A stretch of 64,000 nucleotides of DNA from Lingula anatina (lineage: Eukaryota; Animalia; Brachiopoda): positions 19,158,001-19,222,000 of the forward strand of contig CM120640.1 of assembly GCA_051362555.1 (NCBI GenBank), in the 5' to 3' direction. Below are positions 41,301-56,300 of this stretch, piece by piece; the first letter of the stretch is position 1, and the number at the start of each line of letters is the position of its first letter. The position numbers were made by a program, and so were the translations under genes. The notes under the pieces were generated by a model. That model was not told the DNA's origin. It searched no databases and worked only from the letters and a program-made list of their open reading frames with translations.

Positions 41301-44300
41301 TACAATCTGAAAATTTACAAGAATATGGAGAGTTACAAAGTCACTTAAAAATATCTAGTAAAAATATACTTAATAGAGTGATATAATTTCAAAACATTTA
41401 GTAACAAATATACTTTCATACAAATAATGATATTCTGAATAAATTCCAATGAGTAATTCCAAATGTTATATTAAAAATTCACATACTACTTTTTTTTCAA
41501 AAAGTTAAGCTGACGAAAAAAGTACACCACAGTAATGAACTTTGTTTGGTCTACATTCCAAAGAAAAAAGTATAATGAACTAAAAACATTAATTAAACTA
41601 AAATTCACCTGCTGAGCACAAGAAAATGAAGGTGTATGTTGAGCTGTCAAAGTCCCTCTGCCTGCCTCTGCTAGCTGTCCATGGCGGCCACTGCCCCACA
41701 GGTATGCCTCACATTTCCCACCAAGCTGCCAGTCTTCAGGCCGCTGGATTGCCCAGGCCATGATCTGACAGTCCATCTGGAGGTCCCACACATTGTTCTA
41801 GACAAGACAGGGGACAATAGTGAAATTATTACAAAAGTAAAAGAATAATCAGACTTTGCCCATTTTTCCTGCATTTCAGACCTATGAGTGACTACTACAG
41901 ATAGTTTAAAGCAAAATGGCAACTTTTTTTCCACTTATTGAAATACAAAAAATGCTCATATTTCCTGTTTATCTGCAGAATGATGTATCTTTTGGCAAAA
42001 AAGCAATAGGCCTCAATATTTTAGGTTTATCTTATCCTACATTATCTCTGTTTTCTGTTGTTTATATCTAAATATTTCACATTCTTGTATGATGTAGGAC
42101 AAATGAGTGAATCAAACAATGGAGCTCATTCTTTTATTAAATTCTATAACTTATATAACTTCTATAACTTATAATATAAAGCCTTAGGCATCTCAATGAA
42201 ATCCTGTAGAACACCCACCTCAGGTTTTTCATTCTCCTCCTCTGTCCTCCCCTGTGTATCTGGTACACCAAACGACTCTGGCATGTGGGTACGACTGTAC
42301 AGGGCCTCGGCTGCTCTCAGGGCTGTGGCAAAACTATGTAACCATTGCCACTCCATCATAGGCTTTGAGGCATCTGTAAGACATCAAATAATATGACATT
42401 GATATTGATATATAAGAATTCCTCTTTTATTATTTCTATTATTATTTTTTTTTTATTTTTATAACTATTGTTATTATGATTGCTGCAATACAAATAAACA
42501 TTGTGTATACCCCACGTTGCTTGTAATCTAAAACAAACTGTATGTAACTGATTATGACCAGAATGACCAGAAAATAAATCTAAACAATTTGTTTATAACT
42601 ACTTCTGTATAATAATAATAAGTTGCATGGATCAAATGTTTTATAAAACCTAAATAAGACATACTTACCAGCTTTATCCATGTGATGGGGTGGACATGGC
42701 ATGTGACACAACACTTTGTCAAGCTGAAGTCCAACAGACAGTGCGGCCAAACTCTGCAGGTACTTGCTGTGGACTAACTGCTCACCACTGGTCACTTTGG
42801 GCTGGAAAATTAATTCATGACAGTTTCTTTTTCAGTAAATTGCAAGATATGCTGCAGATGATGTGCATGATTTCACGGACACTGTGCCAGTCCTTGTCAA
42901 GAGAATCAGTTTTGAAAGATTCCTAATTTCATATCATAAAATCATATCTGACATCTATTTTAATATTTAAAAATATTCTGAACCATTTGTGTTAATCAAA
43001 TATTCTACCAAGCACTAGCTATATAGCTATCAGACACGTCACTGACCTTTTCATACATATATTGCTCTTGCAGTAGGAGAGGCAGTCTCTGAAGTAAACC
43101 CCGTACACATGGTGTTTGTGTAAAGTTGAGAAAACCTTGCAGCTTTAGAGCTTTTCTTGCCGCTCCCAGGACCCTGTATTTTTTCATAGTGTCAGAGCCA
43201 TAATGGAGTATCATCACATCCTGTTATGAAAATATAACAATAAATTAATACTGACAGATTCACATCTTTTCAACAATTATGACAATTAATTTTTTAAAAT
43301 CGAAGACACATAGTATGTTTTGAATGAAATAAAATAAAATGTTTTGACTCAAATGTTTTTTTTAAATACATTATATACATTTTGATTATTTTGACAATAT
43401 CAACAGAAGCAGCACTTATGCTGAAATTTTTACACTCGCATACTACTTTGCCAGCACTTTTTATTACTACCAAAGTAAAATACACTATAGCAAAGTCAGA
43501 TTACACCAATTAGAAAATGCGCACTATATCAAATCTCTTTAAACTAAATATATCAATATTATTGTATGTCTTTTATAGAGTAATCTTGCCTTATTTCTGT
43601 TAAAACAGGCAGCCACACTGTGCTCAGCAAACCAACAGATACTCTGTGTACTCCCAGAGTTGGTGTGAGTTTGAAGAAGGCACCCATCCTGAAATTTTAA
43701 ATAGTTCATTTTAATATACATCAGTGATAATTAGAATCAAAGTTTATGCACTATAAAAATAAGAATCATCTTTTAAATCCTAATGCAGGAAATAAGTGTA
43801 ATTATAGAGTGGTTTTAAAAGACTCTCAAGAGGGCAATTTCACCTTCCACTTTTAACAGACTTCTATAATAATCCAACTCCTTTTAATTACAAAATTCCT
43901 TTTTCAAATTAGCTGTACATTTTAAATAAGCAGTGTCATCCAATGATTGTAATTTATAATACAAGTGTTTTTAGCAGCATTAAAAATTAAAAAACAAAAA
44001 ACAAACAAACAACTAAATAAATATGTTGCATGAACCCTACAAGAAATACTGACCTGCAGAGACCATATGTTCATCCATCCCTTGACACAGCCAGTGGCCA
44101 GGGTCTGTGCATTGGGGCTGAAAGCCAGTGAGGAGACAGGGGAACCATGCCCCTTGAGAGAGAAGATTAACTGAGACCCTGGCTCATCTGAGGTTAAGTT
44201 GAACTTGCTGCTGCCCCTCCTTTCCATCCTGCCTGTGTTGTTTTGGTCGCTCCTTTCCATCCTGCCTGTGTTGTTTTGGTCCCTCCTCTCTATCCTTCCA

Positions 44301-47300
44301 GTGTTGTTTTGGTGCTGTATGAACAAATGAGCTCATTGAAAAATGACATTTTTGTAGTTGAAATAGGCGGAGGCTTACATGTATTTCTTTGTAAAATAAC
44401 AAATTTAATACTATGATATAAGCTTTTCGTTGTCTCTTTTGTAGTGAAAGTAAAAAAGTTAATCATTTGTAAAGAGACTAAAATATTTTTTACAACTAAC
44501 TTTTCTACCAACAAAGTCAATGTTTTAGAAATCAGTAAATAAAAATCCAAGACACTGAACACATACAACAAAAGTAAGATTTTCTACAGCAAAAACACTG
44601 TGACCCAACTGTTCAGTCTGATAAACTAAGTGAATATGATATTAAAAGTATAGACACAAAGATGGTCAATCACCTGCACAGTGTCAGCAGCAGGTTGGAT
44701 CTTCTCAGGCAATATGGCTGTGGCTCCAGGCTGAGGCAGTGTCCACACAGACACTTCTCCATTGGTGCAGCCACTGGAAATACAGAGGGTGTGTGTCAAT
44801 AAGTAGTGCATTTATGTATGCTTGTGACCATGTTGCTAACACCTTTTACAAAAACAGAGTAAATAATTTTATATACAAGTGCCTCAATGTTTAAACAATA
44901 TAAATTTAACAACTTGTATTATCTCGGCAATGTAAACTTTTATATTAAAAAAAAAAGTAAAATCAAATCATTAAACTACATGTAGCAGATAAAACTCTAG
45001 ATCAAACCCACCCCCTCATATTTCAACACAATCACAGAGTCTGACACAGTTGGATTTACCTTGCTAACATTAGCCTGGGTTCTTCTCCTCTCCCCAGCAG
45101 AGGGCACCACTCGAGCACAGTGACCCCTGCAGTGTGTGGAAGGGTGTGGACACACACCCACACCTCAGACATGTATGTCCACACCCTGAGGTTCTCCTCT
45201 GTGGCACAGCTGGCCAGGATACGCCCCGTGGGGTCCCACTGGATACAAGAGATGGGGTGCTGGGGGAAAAGATGGACAGATTGTGTGTTAAAAATGGCAG
45301 CAATACAAATGTCTCATTATAATAATTATTTAATCTGTCTAATTCTTTTACTTGACATATAAATATAACAAAGACAATCTTGTGTCATTGCAAAGACTTC
45401 TGCTGCTCACTGATGGGTCACTCATCAGCTTACATGAACAATAATGTAATTTTTTTCCAGTAAATCACACAAGTCCAGGATAAAAAAATCATAGTAAATA
45501 TATTATCTCGATGTCTAATAATCTCCAGAAACTGTTGTACTGCAAATATGACTGCTATGTATGTATTGGCTAATTTATGTACAACAATAGTGAAGAGTAA
45601 TGAATAACATATATTTAACTCTAATCCAAGCTTTACAGCATTTCTTTAAAATATCACAAATTTCTGTGTCATAAATAAAAATATAAGTGTATCACATTAC
45701 TAATTTTAGTTTGTACCATCCATATATTCACCTCATGTGCCTCAATGGTATAAGGTTGTTCATAGTCATCTCTGTTGCTCATATAGATAGCACCATCAGA
45801 GAAAGCTACAGCAAACTTCTTATTCTCATCATGCCAAGCCAGAGCTGTCACAGATACTGAAAGAAAACAAAGGACATATATGCTTATCTATGAAAAACTT
45901 GTAACCTTTCAAAAAACAAGCTAAGATAATTAGATATTTAAAATGTACAAAAGGAATGCAAAACACATTAGTTTCCTTTATGCCAACAAAAAATTAAGGT
46001 GATTTCTGTGGATGACACAAACTATTATATTTTTGATTTAAAAAAAATGCAATGCACACATCTGAGAAATACCATATCTGCATTTGAGCTATCAAAACCA
46101 AAGTGATCTCCAAATGAATATTTTGTTTAAAAAAAAATGCTTGTGACATTCTCCACTTAACTAATCATAACAAATATCTTACCATCTTTCCTAGATGCAT
46201 GCACCAACTCCCTCCTGGATAAAGTAGAAGTGTCCATAATATCAATGACCGCCACTGACCCGTCCAGTCTTCCCACCAGTAGAGTGTCTGTACTGAGACC
46301 CATACAGCCCTCCCCAAGGCCACGGTTCTCAGGCCACGTCAGGGCAGTCACCCAGTGAGGTTGGATGTCCACTTGAGCAATACCTCCTGGAGCCATATTT
46401 AGCAAAGTAAATATACAGTGATGGATATTTTTTATTTTTCAAAAGAAAAATACGACATTGTGGATTATGTATATATACATATACATATGTTCATCCTAAA
46501 ATGTCTCTTTGAACAATTATTTATTGTGTCTAAAATTTTAAAAACTTTAAATTTAGGTTGTAAATTTTCAATAAATTATTATCATAATTTTATTACCTTG
46601 CCTGCTGGCCTGAACTAAAATAAGGAAAAAAATCAAACTTAATAATTTTCAATACAAAGAAACTGACATCACAAAAGACAACACAACAAAACTTGATGCA
46701 ATACAAGAACACAACTAAAAACAACATAACATAACATAACACAACTTGACACAAGGCAAGTCTCACCTCCTGTTGCCCAAATATTGACCACATTCTCCAT
46801 GGCCCCAGCTAACAAACGTCCAGAGGAGCTCCAACAGACCTTGTCCAGTAACTGTCCATCTAGCTCTTCTCCAGACACAGACTCTCCTTTACTGAAGATG
46901 AACGTCTGCTGCAGGACATGGTGGGTCTTGTTCGGTAGACTCCACAGGCGAACTGTGCCATCATAACCACTGAAAAATTAACAGGTCCATGGAAAGTAGT
47001 GAACACAGAAAATAAAAACAATATAAACATAAAACAATTTATTGAGTAGAAAAAATCTGCTTCACAGTCAAAATAATTATTCTTGACATTAATCAAATTC
47101 TTTAGATAAGTTAATCCTGGAACAAACCACCCTCTAATAACTTACTAATGCACAAGTAAAACACCTATTGGACCAATAAAGTTACATTTGTCAAATCATA
47201 TCATAGCCCTTATTTCCCTGATGAAGTCTGCAGTAGATGAAATATTGGCTGGTAATTTTTTTCTATAGCTATTGACAATTGAAACTTCATTGGGCCATTT

Positions 47301-50300
47301 AAAACACTAAGCTAATAAAACTGTTTAACAAAACATGAGTTTTTACAAATATATATATTGACCTTCACTCAGATAAGAAACCAGCATGTGAGCACATCAT
47401 ATATCCCATTTACCTTGTTGCCAGCAGTCCTTTCTTAGCATTCCATGTACAGTTGGTCACCCTATTCTGGTGTGCCTCAAGCCTAGATGTGGAGCATGCT
47501 GGCATATCTCCATGTAAATCCACCATGTTCACAGCACACATGGCCCTGTTCTGGGCAGCCAGTGTGTGGACCAACTGCTGGGCTGCCCACTGGCGATGCT
47601 GGGAGGGCAGTCTCGCAGAAAGCACACATGCTGCAAGGGCATTGGTCAGATGGAGGGGTCGTAATGATGGCATCAGTGGTGGGGTTGGAGTTTTGGGCAC
47701 AGCACCTCCACTGGCAGAGAAATCTGGAATGTTGTGATTAAAAAAAAGTGCATGATTTTATTTTTGAGGAACGTTAAAAGCTTGTATTTATTTTGTATAA
47801 TTACATAATGTGCTGATTCAAATCAGCTAAATGCATAACAAATTTAGTGTTTAAAACTATACATAAACAATACTGCTGTTTCAGGTTCCTCAAAAGATAA
47901 ACATTTCAAAGTGAGAAGCTGGATTCACTGAAAGAATCTTCAAATCATTTCCTTTAATTTCATTATTCTAAATTTTACCTTTCAAGGAATCATCTGAAGA
48001 ACTTGGGCTCATAGAGGCAGTGGTGGCATCACATTTGGCCAGCAAAGCTACCAAAGCCTGCACCACAGCAAAGCTGGGAGAAGTCAGGACCCTGCTTTCT
48101 GGCAGATTCTCTGGTCTCAAGTGGATAGGTAGCTTTCTCACAGACCTGGGGTCTGGAATGGTCCCCAGGTTCATGCCCATTGCTGCTGACATTAATTCCT
48201 AAATGGAGATTATAACATTTAAAAGTTGCAGTTGCATAATATTCTTATACAAGATAGATATACTGACATTTTCAACAAAATGATAATTTCAAAACTTCAA
48301 ACAGCCATAAAGAAGAAAACGCATGTCAGAGAAATTAAGTCTTCATCTATAATACCCACAGTCCCATCTTAAGACTCCCTGAATAATTTCATATCATCTA
48401 TCATAAAAATTCATATATTCTAAAGATGAACAATATAAAACTTTGTAAATTCTGGGTAATAGCTATAAAAGGACTTCTTCTAACTGCCGTCTTGTTCACA
48501 ATGACAGCATCGTGATAAGTAATTGTCAGAGATGTTTTAATTAGAAAGGTCATTGGGCCCACGTCTTCAGTTCAAAAGAACTTTGCATCAGACGTTTGAG
48601 AGAATAAATCTCCCGTTTCCCTTTATGAAATGGTCTGCTTGTTGTAAAAGGTGGAATATTTCAATTCCGTCTCAAACCATTACACAACAGTCCAAGAGTC
48701 AAGAGTATGTCTATCATTAATCTAGAAGAGGTCTATTTGGACAGGCAACCATGGATTCCATGCTCTACATACCTTATTACAGAGCTGTACCAGCAACGAT
48801 GAAGACTGGGGGTGGTCCTGTACCAAGGCACCAATGGCACCACTCAGGTACCCCAGGCTGGCAGCAGGACTGGTGGAACTGACAGCGGCACGGGATATGG
48901 AGCTGTAGCCTTCCCCTCCAGAAGAAATCACTGTCTCCTTCAGCGGAGTGCTCACTAGCTCCACTCTCCCCGCGGCACACAGACACATCAGTCGCACCAC
49001 CAGGCGGATGTCTGCCAGACCCATGGCCTCGAGACCTGCTGATAAACTGCAGGCTGTGTCACTGGAAAAATGTTACACTTGTTACACTTATTTTCTTTTA
49101 TCTTAATAATTGTTCTCAAAAATGAAGTATGAAATGATGAATCATGTAACAAATTGTCATGCTGTTATCAAAAAAAAAAAAAAAAAACTACTGGCAACAT
49201 GAAACTGTACATGACAAATTAATACACATTCTGCCATTAACAGCTTTATATGAAGTAACAGTTTATCAACTTGAAAATGATGATAAAAGTTATGTTTGAA
49301 ACAAAATATTTATTCCATTTATACATTCTCAAAAAACTTTGCCTTACCTAACAGAGACCAGTGAAAGTGCCCTCATCACCATAGTTCTTGCTAACAGGAC
49401 CTGTGCTGCCTTAGTAGTTCTGTACAGTGCTGTGATCCTGTCTGCCTTCTCTGTCAGCAACACTGCCTGCTCACCCAGGCTTTTTCTTTTGATGAAGTCA
49501 TTCTTCTCCAATCTTGTGTCTAAAATGGATGATAAGCAATATTTCTGTATTTTTCAAGAATAGCCTTTCATAATGTATGGCTAAGTCTGGAAAGTCAACT
49601 AGCCTATGGGCTACTATACTTCAGTTCAAAGGAGTTATCACTTTGTTATCACTCAGTTATCACTTTATTATCACATATTACTACGTATGACAAAGACAAC
49701 TATAGAGTTTATTCTCAGAAGCCTTGAGTGAGTAACAATAAAATAAAAACAATTATAGATCTCTAAAACTCACTGATAGAGGCCACAATGCTGTCTGCCT
49801 CCTCCTGTGCGAGAGCATTGATCCCCAGGGGGTCTGGCTCACTGAGAGACACACACTCTGGTATAGGCTTCCTCTCAGTTAGACCAAGGGAGCCCATGAT
49901 GGACTCAAAGCTCTCTGTGCCTGCTGTGGCATGGTCCGTGTCATCAGGGATTAAGTCAAGATCATCTGTTTGACAAAATAAAAGTTACGTATCAATATGC
50001 ATAGATTAGAGTTTTCAATTTGAAATTTGAGGACATAAAAATGATATCCTCTAATGGGGCAAAAACCAGTAATAATATAAATAATAATAATAATAATAAT
50101 AATTTACTGGTGAATTTTACAAACCATGACCAAACATCTTCACACATACATATAAGTAGTCCACTGACATATAACCCATCTGAACACACAATAATCCTGA
50201 TGACAATTCTGTGCAAGCAAACTCTATGTCTCTTACCTTCCTGTACAGAATCTGGACCTACTAGATCAGGTGCCACCACCATTCCTCTGGTCCTGGGTAC

Positions 50301-53300
50301 ACCAGATCCCTTGGGGCCTGTTGGGGTACTGCCATCTAGCTGAGACAGGTACTTGTCTCTACAGCTGGAACACATGAGATAGTATGGGTTCCCAGATCCG
50401 CAGGTGCCACCAAACCAGCCATCCACATACACTCCATTACTGCGATAGCCCTGGTTTCCACAGGAACCTGTAACAGACATTACCTTATATTACATTCTAT
50501 ATCATATGCATATTTTGTACTAGGGTATCTAATATCAGCCCAGTTTTTGAAAATAAAAATCTACCTCTGCCTTCATTCCACATACAATGTGACTGAATAT
50601 CTGAGATTTTTGATTATCTGTTACTTAAATATCAAGCAAAAATTTGAAAATCCTCTTTGGTAATACAAAAATGAATCAGAAGCATTCCATTTTATACCTC
50701 CACAACCTGGATGGGAGGTCTTCATGTGTTTGTTAAAGTAAGTCACTTTGTTACCACACAACTCGCACATGGTGACCTCTGGTTCCTCAAAATCTGTGCG
50801 CTGAAACAAAAAGTGTGACTGTTTACTAATTCACTCCCCACCTCTGAGTTAGGCTTTTTATTTGTCATCTTTACTTTTAGGCCAAATATCTTACTTATCT
50901 TAATTCATCTTAAGGAACTTAAGTCAATAAAAATTTGAATACAATTGTTGCAAATACAAGATTACAAAATATAATCTACTGTTGGATTTTTTTCATGGTC
51001 TAAAATATGATCTTTAATTTTCCATGCATGCTGTAATGAAGAAATAACTAAATCACTAAGCTATTTTTAATTCTGAATGTTATATCTGCTGTAACCCAAT
51101 ATCTACATACATCCAGTAAACTGAGCATCTCTCTGTCTTCAGCATCCATGCCAAACAAATCCTCCATCATATCATCATCACTGATCACATCCTCCAGGTC
51201 TATCAGGTCGTCATACAGAGGGTGGCTCTCCCTTTCTTCCCTCTCAGCTCGCCTCTCCATCTCCATCTCACGGTCCCTTTCATCATCTCCCAAGCGACCC
51301 AACTCTCGAAACTCGCGGGACAGAAGACCTAAAAATAAAGGGAAATGAAATGTAGGCTTAGTTCACTTACCTACATGCATTGGTTTTGCTGAATGTATAA
51401 GCCAACTTTCAGAGAATAAAATCATTCTGGATAAAGAGTTCCATCCCAAGAAAATATGGGATATAGGGGTGGGATTCTTACAAGCCTTATAAGAAACACC
51501 TTTAAAATGAGAACATTGTCATCTAAAATCTCTTACTTGCTCTACTGGTAAGAAAACTTCTGATATCTGAAAGAGATCTTTCCCCTGCGGGATGGCGGAG
51601 ACGGGAAGGTGGCCGTGGTGCCAGCGTACCCTCTCGCTCTTCTCTGTCAATGAACTCAAAAAAGCCAGAAGATCTGGCTCCACTTTCTGAATTTTCCATT
51701 CTGAAATTTCAATAAATTAAATGTGTGAAATATTTTCAAAGTATTGAATATTTTTTTAAATTGCTAAGGCAGAACAACTGAAACACAAAATATTTCGAAA
51801 GTATTTACTGCCAGCCACTCAATTGAAAGTATACATACAAAACATTAATGTAAAAGAACAGCATTATATTTCGACTTTACCATAAAAAGAAACACAAACT
51901 TTAATCATGAAATAAGGGCAACCTACACATTACCTCATCAAAAAATAAGAAAATAAATAAATGAAACAGTTAAGTATACCGAATAAAAAAGAAAAAAAAT
52001 TCAAAGATGATCTCTATCTACCTTTCTCTGTCTCTGTCTCTATCTCTATCTCTATCTCCAGGATTGCTCCCTGACTGAGGCCTACTGGCTGCCTCAGTGG
52101 TGCCCTCTGGCCTGGAAGGTCTGCTTCTATTCTCCTCAGAAGCCTCAGCCTCTCCAGTCTCCATGGGGTGTTCCAGCATCCAAGTGGCCAGCATGTTAAC
52201 ACCATGGGCTGTCATCTCCCCACTGCTGCCTGGATACACAAAGACACAAAGCACATGGAAATCGGAGGATATATATATATATATGCATTATAAATGTTCT
52301 GTCAGTGTTAGAACAAACAAACAAACAAAAAAAACAACAACATTTTGGTTGTTCTTGTAAATCTGTTTATATCTCTTTTATCCCTACACCCAACAGAATT
52401 CACTAGGGAACTAAAAGATTTCAGACTTATTCCAGTCAATTCACTGTGTTACTGCGTAAGTGTTTTAAGGAGCACCAACATATTTATACATATACTTGAA
52501 CATTTTGTACTGTATTTAGCCTGCTGGTTACCTGTTGCAGCCAGGGCTTTCTGGATCTGCTTAACATTGAAGCCCATCTCCAGAAGAGGGGCTGCTATAG
52601 GAGGGGGTGGTGGGGATGGAGACCTGGCCCGTGTTGGCTGGGGTATAACTGAAATATATGATGATATCATTGCATCTTTAATATCCTCATCTTTCCAGTA
52701 TCACACCAGAGTACCAAGTGAGTAGTGTTGTTGCTATAGTAGCATACAATTATGATAAAAATGTAGATGAATTACACTTGGTTATCTACTTGTATCATGC
52801 ATTAGATCACAGAACAAGAAGAAATACATCCCAAATTACATGAAAGAAGTGGAGAGTTCAAATTTCAATTTCTCTTTAATCACTTATTAAAGTATTTGAT
52901 AATGTGTTACCAAAATAAACAGAATTTTAATGATTTGTAAACTTATTTTTTTCTCATCAATATCCACAATATTTTCATGATCCCATCAGGCAGGCAACAA
53001 AAAATATCCATTACAACTATAATGAAACAAGCCCTACATTTTCGTCCTCCATTTCTGCGTGCTGATGGGGACAGAGAACTGTCCTCTGGGGAGTCTAATG
53101 GCGGAAACATGGACCTGCGTGACCTCTCAATACGTTGAAATATGGAGGAAGGAGGCAGTCTTCTGGGCATGTCCATTCTGCTAATACAATAAAAATGTCA
53201 ATGTTTTAAGGGTTTACAGATGCTGCCAAGATGGTAAAAGTCCCTCTTAAACAAATGTATTTGTGCTTTGAATGTTTTCATATGAATTTGTCTTCTTGTC

Positions 53301-56300
53301 TTTGTTAATAGTAGGTCAGAAATACTTCACTTTAGAAACAAATTTAAACAGCATATAAATTTTTGTTTTAAAAAGAGTTTCATCCCAAGTATTTTGCTGT
53401 AATTTCTATTATTATTTTTCCACCAAGACATCGTAGCCTTACCGTGATTGTCCTCTGCGTGCCATAGGTGGTAACAGCCTCTGCAACAGTGCCTCGCGCA
53501 TGTGGTGTCTCCCAATGTCTCGTGGTCGCATGTCTTCACACATCTCCAAGTGGGAGGGTCTGTTCTGGAAGTTCGGACCACTGCCTCTGTGGCTGCTCAT
53601 GGAGTTTTCAGTGTTCTGTTGTACTGTGTTCTTTTTATTGTGCTCCTTCCTCAAAGCTGTTAACTGTTCTGTTGGTTATATGAAAATAAATTATAATTCT
53701 TTAAGAGGTAGGTACATATGTTTATTTAATATGCTGATTTGCTTTGTACATTTTCTATCCCACTACATCATGTAGTTTTTCAGAAAAAAGCTGGAAGCCC
53801 AATGAACAAAACAAAAATCTGCCTCACAAGTGAGAGTCCTTAAAAAACCAGGATGCATTTAATATATCCTCACCTTCTTTAGCCTTGAAAGCAGTCCCTT
53901 CTTTAGAAGCCTCAGTGACAGCCATTTTGAATAACATGACGTGTGCCCTTTCCAGCTCTGCCAAGCTCACCACACGTTTGATTGGTGAGGGACTCACTGC
54001 CAACTTCACCAATTGCCTCATGATATTCCTCAGAGTGTCCTTCATGCTGAACCCAGGTTCCTGGCTGGTGGAGGGCTGGGCATCATCTTGGTCTTTCATA
54101 TCCTTGGACAAGTCTAATTTTGGCACAAGGAGCATTTCTGAATATCTGCTACAACTCAATATTGCACTTAATGTTTTGAGAGCACCAGAGTGCAGATAGA
54201 CTGTCTGAAGTGCTCTCAGCTCTGAAGCTCCCATAGTCTGTGTATATTTCCCACTCACGACTGACCCTGCCTGGTCTGCTGGTTTGGGTTCTGCTGTGCT
54301 ACTGCTATCGTCAGGAGCCAAACTCTGTTCTGCCTCATTTTCATTCATGACCCCAGAGACCATCTGTGTAGCCAAAGTCTGGATAGTCTCCACATTTGTT
54401 TCCACCTGAGAACATATCTGGTCCAACTGGCCCCTGATGTGTCTGGTAAGTTCTTTGGTTTCCCCACTAGATTCCAAATTCTGATCAGGACTAGATCTGT
54501 CCTGGGTGGCCTGTCTCTTGTCAGCATTATGATCCTCAGGGCTCTCATCTGCCAGCACCTGAGCTATGTCAGCATCCAGCTTTTTCTCCAAGCTCTTGTG
54601 AAGGCCTGAGTCCTCCTGATTTTTCTTCTTTCCATCCTCTGACTCCCCTTTAACTTTCTTCAGTTCCAGAGCTATCCTGTCTTCTGTGATGGCACTAAGA
54701 GCCATGATATCCTGCACAAGGCTTGGGGTAAGACCAGAGAGCTTGCTCATGTCAAAGGTGGTGGACTCCCCAGCTTCCAGCTGACTGACAGGGGCATCGC
54801 TGGAAATACAATGGCATACAGCTTGCTTTGTGTATACTTGTTTCAAATCATCTGAATAGATTATGCTTTAAATACAAATTTTTGAATTAAATATAACAAG
54901 CTGCTGCTGCACATAAGATCTTCTTCACTGATGCCATTATCTTTTCCTTAAGAAATTTACCTTGTGCTTGCATCACTGTCATCCCACTGTATCTTCACAT
55001 AGTCTGAGCCATCCTTGACCACTCCCAGTAGTGTCCCCTTCCTGGAGGTAGACTTGTGAATACAGCGTCCACCTACTCTCAGACCTCGGTCAGTGCCTCC
55101 AATAACAGCTAGAGCTGGCCACACCTGGATTATAGTGTTCATTTGGTTGATATTACACAAAATACTTTTAAAATGATGAAACAACCCCTTATCTTTCAGA
55201 ACCTTCTTTGAGCTTCAGATCTGATGTGTGACAGCTTTTTCTTTTTCAAAGTGACACAACTGTCCCTAAGTAATGCCTTATTGATATGGAAATATCAAAT
55301 GAAGCTGGCAAACTTGCATGCGAATAAATTACTCTAACTACCAGAAACATTCAAATATACATTAACTTTATAAATACTAGAAGAGAGACAAATGTACCTC
55401 TTTACACAGAGCTTCCACTGCCATTTCCTGCTCCAAGTTGTCATCTGCAGCAGCTCCATCTTCTTGTCTCAGAGGCACATCTGGTGCTGGAGAACCTACA
55501 GGAACAACAAAACCAAACAGTACACAGCTTTATTGAAGGGAAAAACTACCTAATGGTGTTGCTCATCTTAATACTTTCTGCAACCGAAATATACTACACA
55601 GACTTTCCATTTTGAGTTGATTTTGGGATAATAAGTAAGAATATAATCACTCCAAAGCAAACATATATATTAATTGAGGACAACTTTGGTAAAGTAGTTC
55701 TATAGAAGTTGTCAAATTTTCAACTTCTTTTTCATTTTCTTTCTCAAGCATCTTTATAATTGCCTAACGATCACAAAATAATAATAATAATAATAATAAT
55801 AATTATAATAATAATAATAATAATAATAATAACACCTTTGAGAGAAGTCATAAAAACCTACCATCTTTTTCATTTTCTTTTTCCAGCATCTTAATGAGCT
55901 GTCTAATGATCTTCAGTCTGTCCAGCAGGCACAGGTTAATGGTGCTGCCCCATCCCTCCAGCAGGTGCAGCACACGCAGGAGATGCACTGTGGACTCTAT
56001 GATCACCGCCATTGCTGGTGCACACATGGGGTCGCCTGGCAACAGGTCACGTGGAGCACCCCTCACCTGCATGTCTGTGATCTTGACCTGGAGGATAAAG
56101 GTTGGTATGACTTTGATATTTTCCTATAAAATCTAACAGATATGTATTTATTGGTGTGTGTGTTTGTGTGTCTGTCTGTGCATGTGTATTGTGGTTCACT
56201 GATACATAAGCTTAAACTTGGTAACATGTTTTTTCTATATCAGTCTAGACATAAAAAAATTAACAATTCCTAGTAAGTAACTTTGTATTTCTTTATCTTT

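Noticed and set aside
48440-48720. Decayed LINE fragment in a HERC1 intron
   Set aside because: Locally higher CpG suggests an insertion, but no convincing RT or endonuclease motif could be read.
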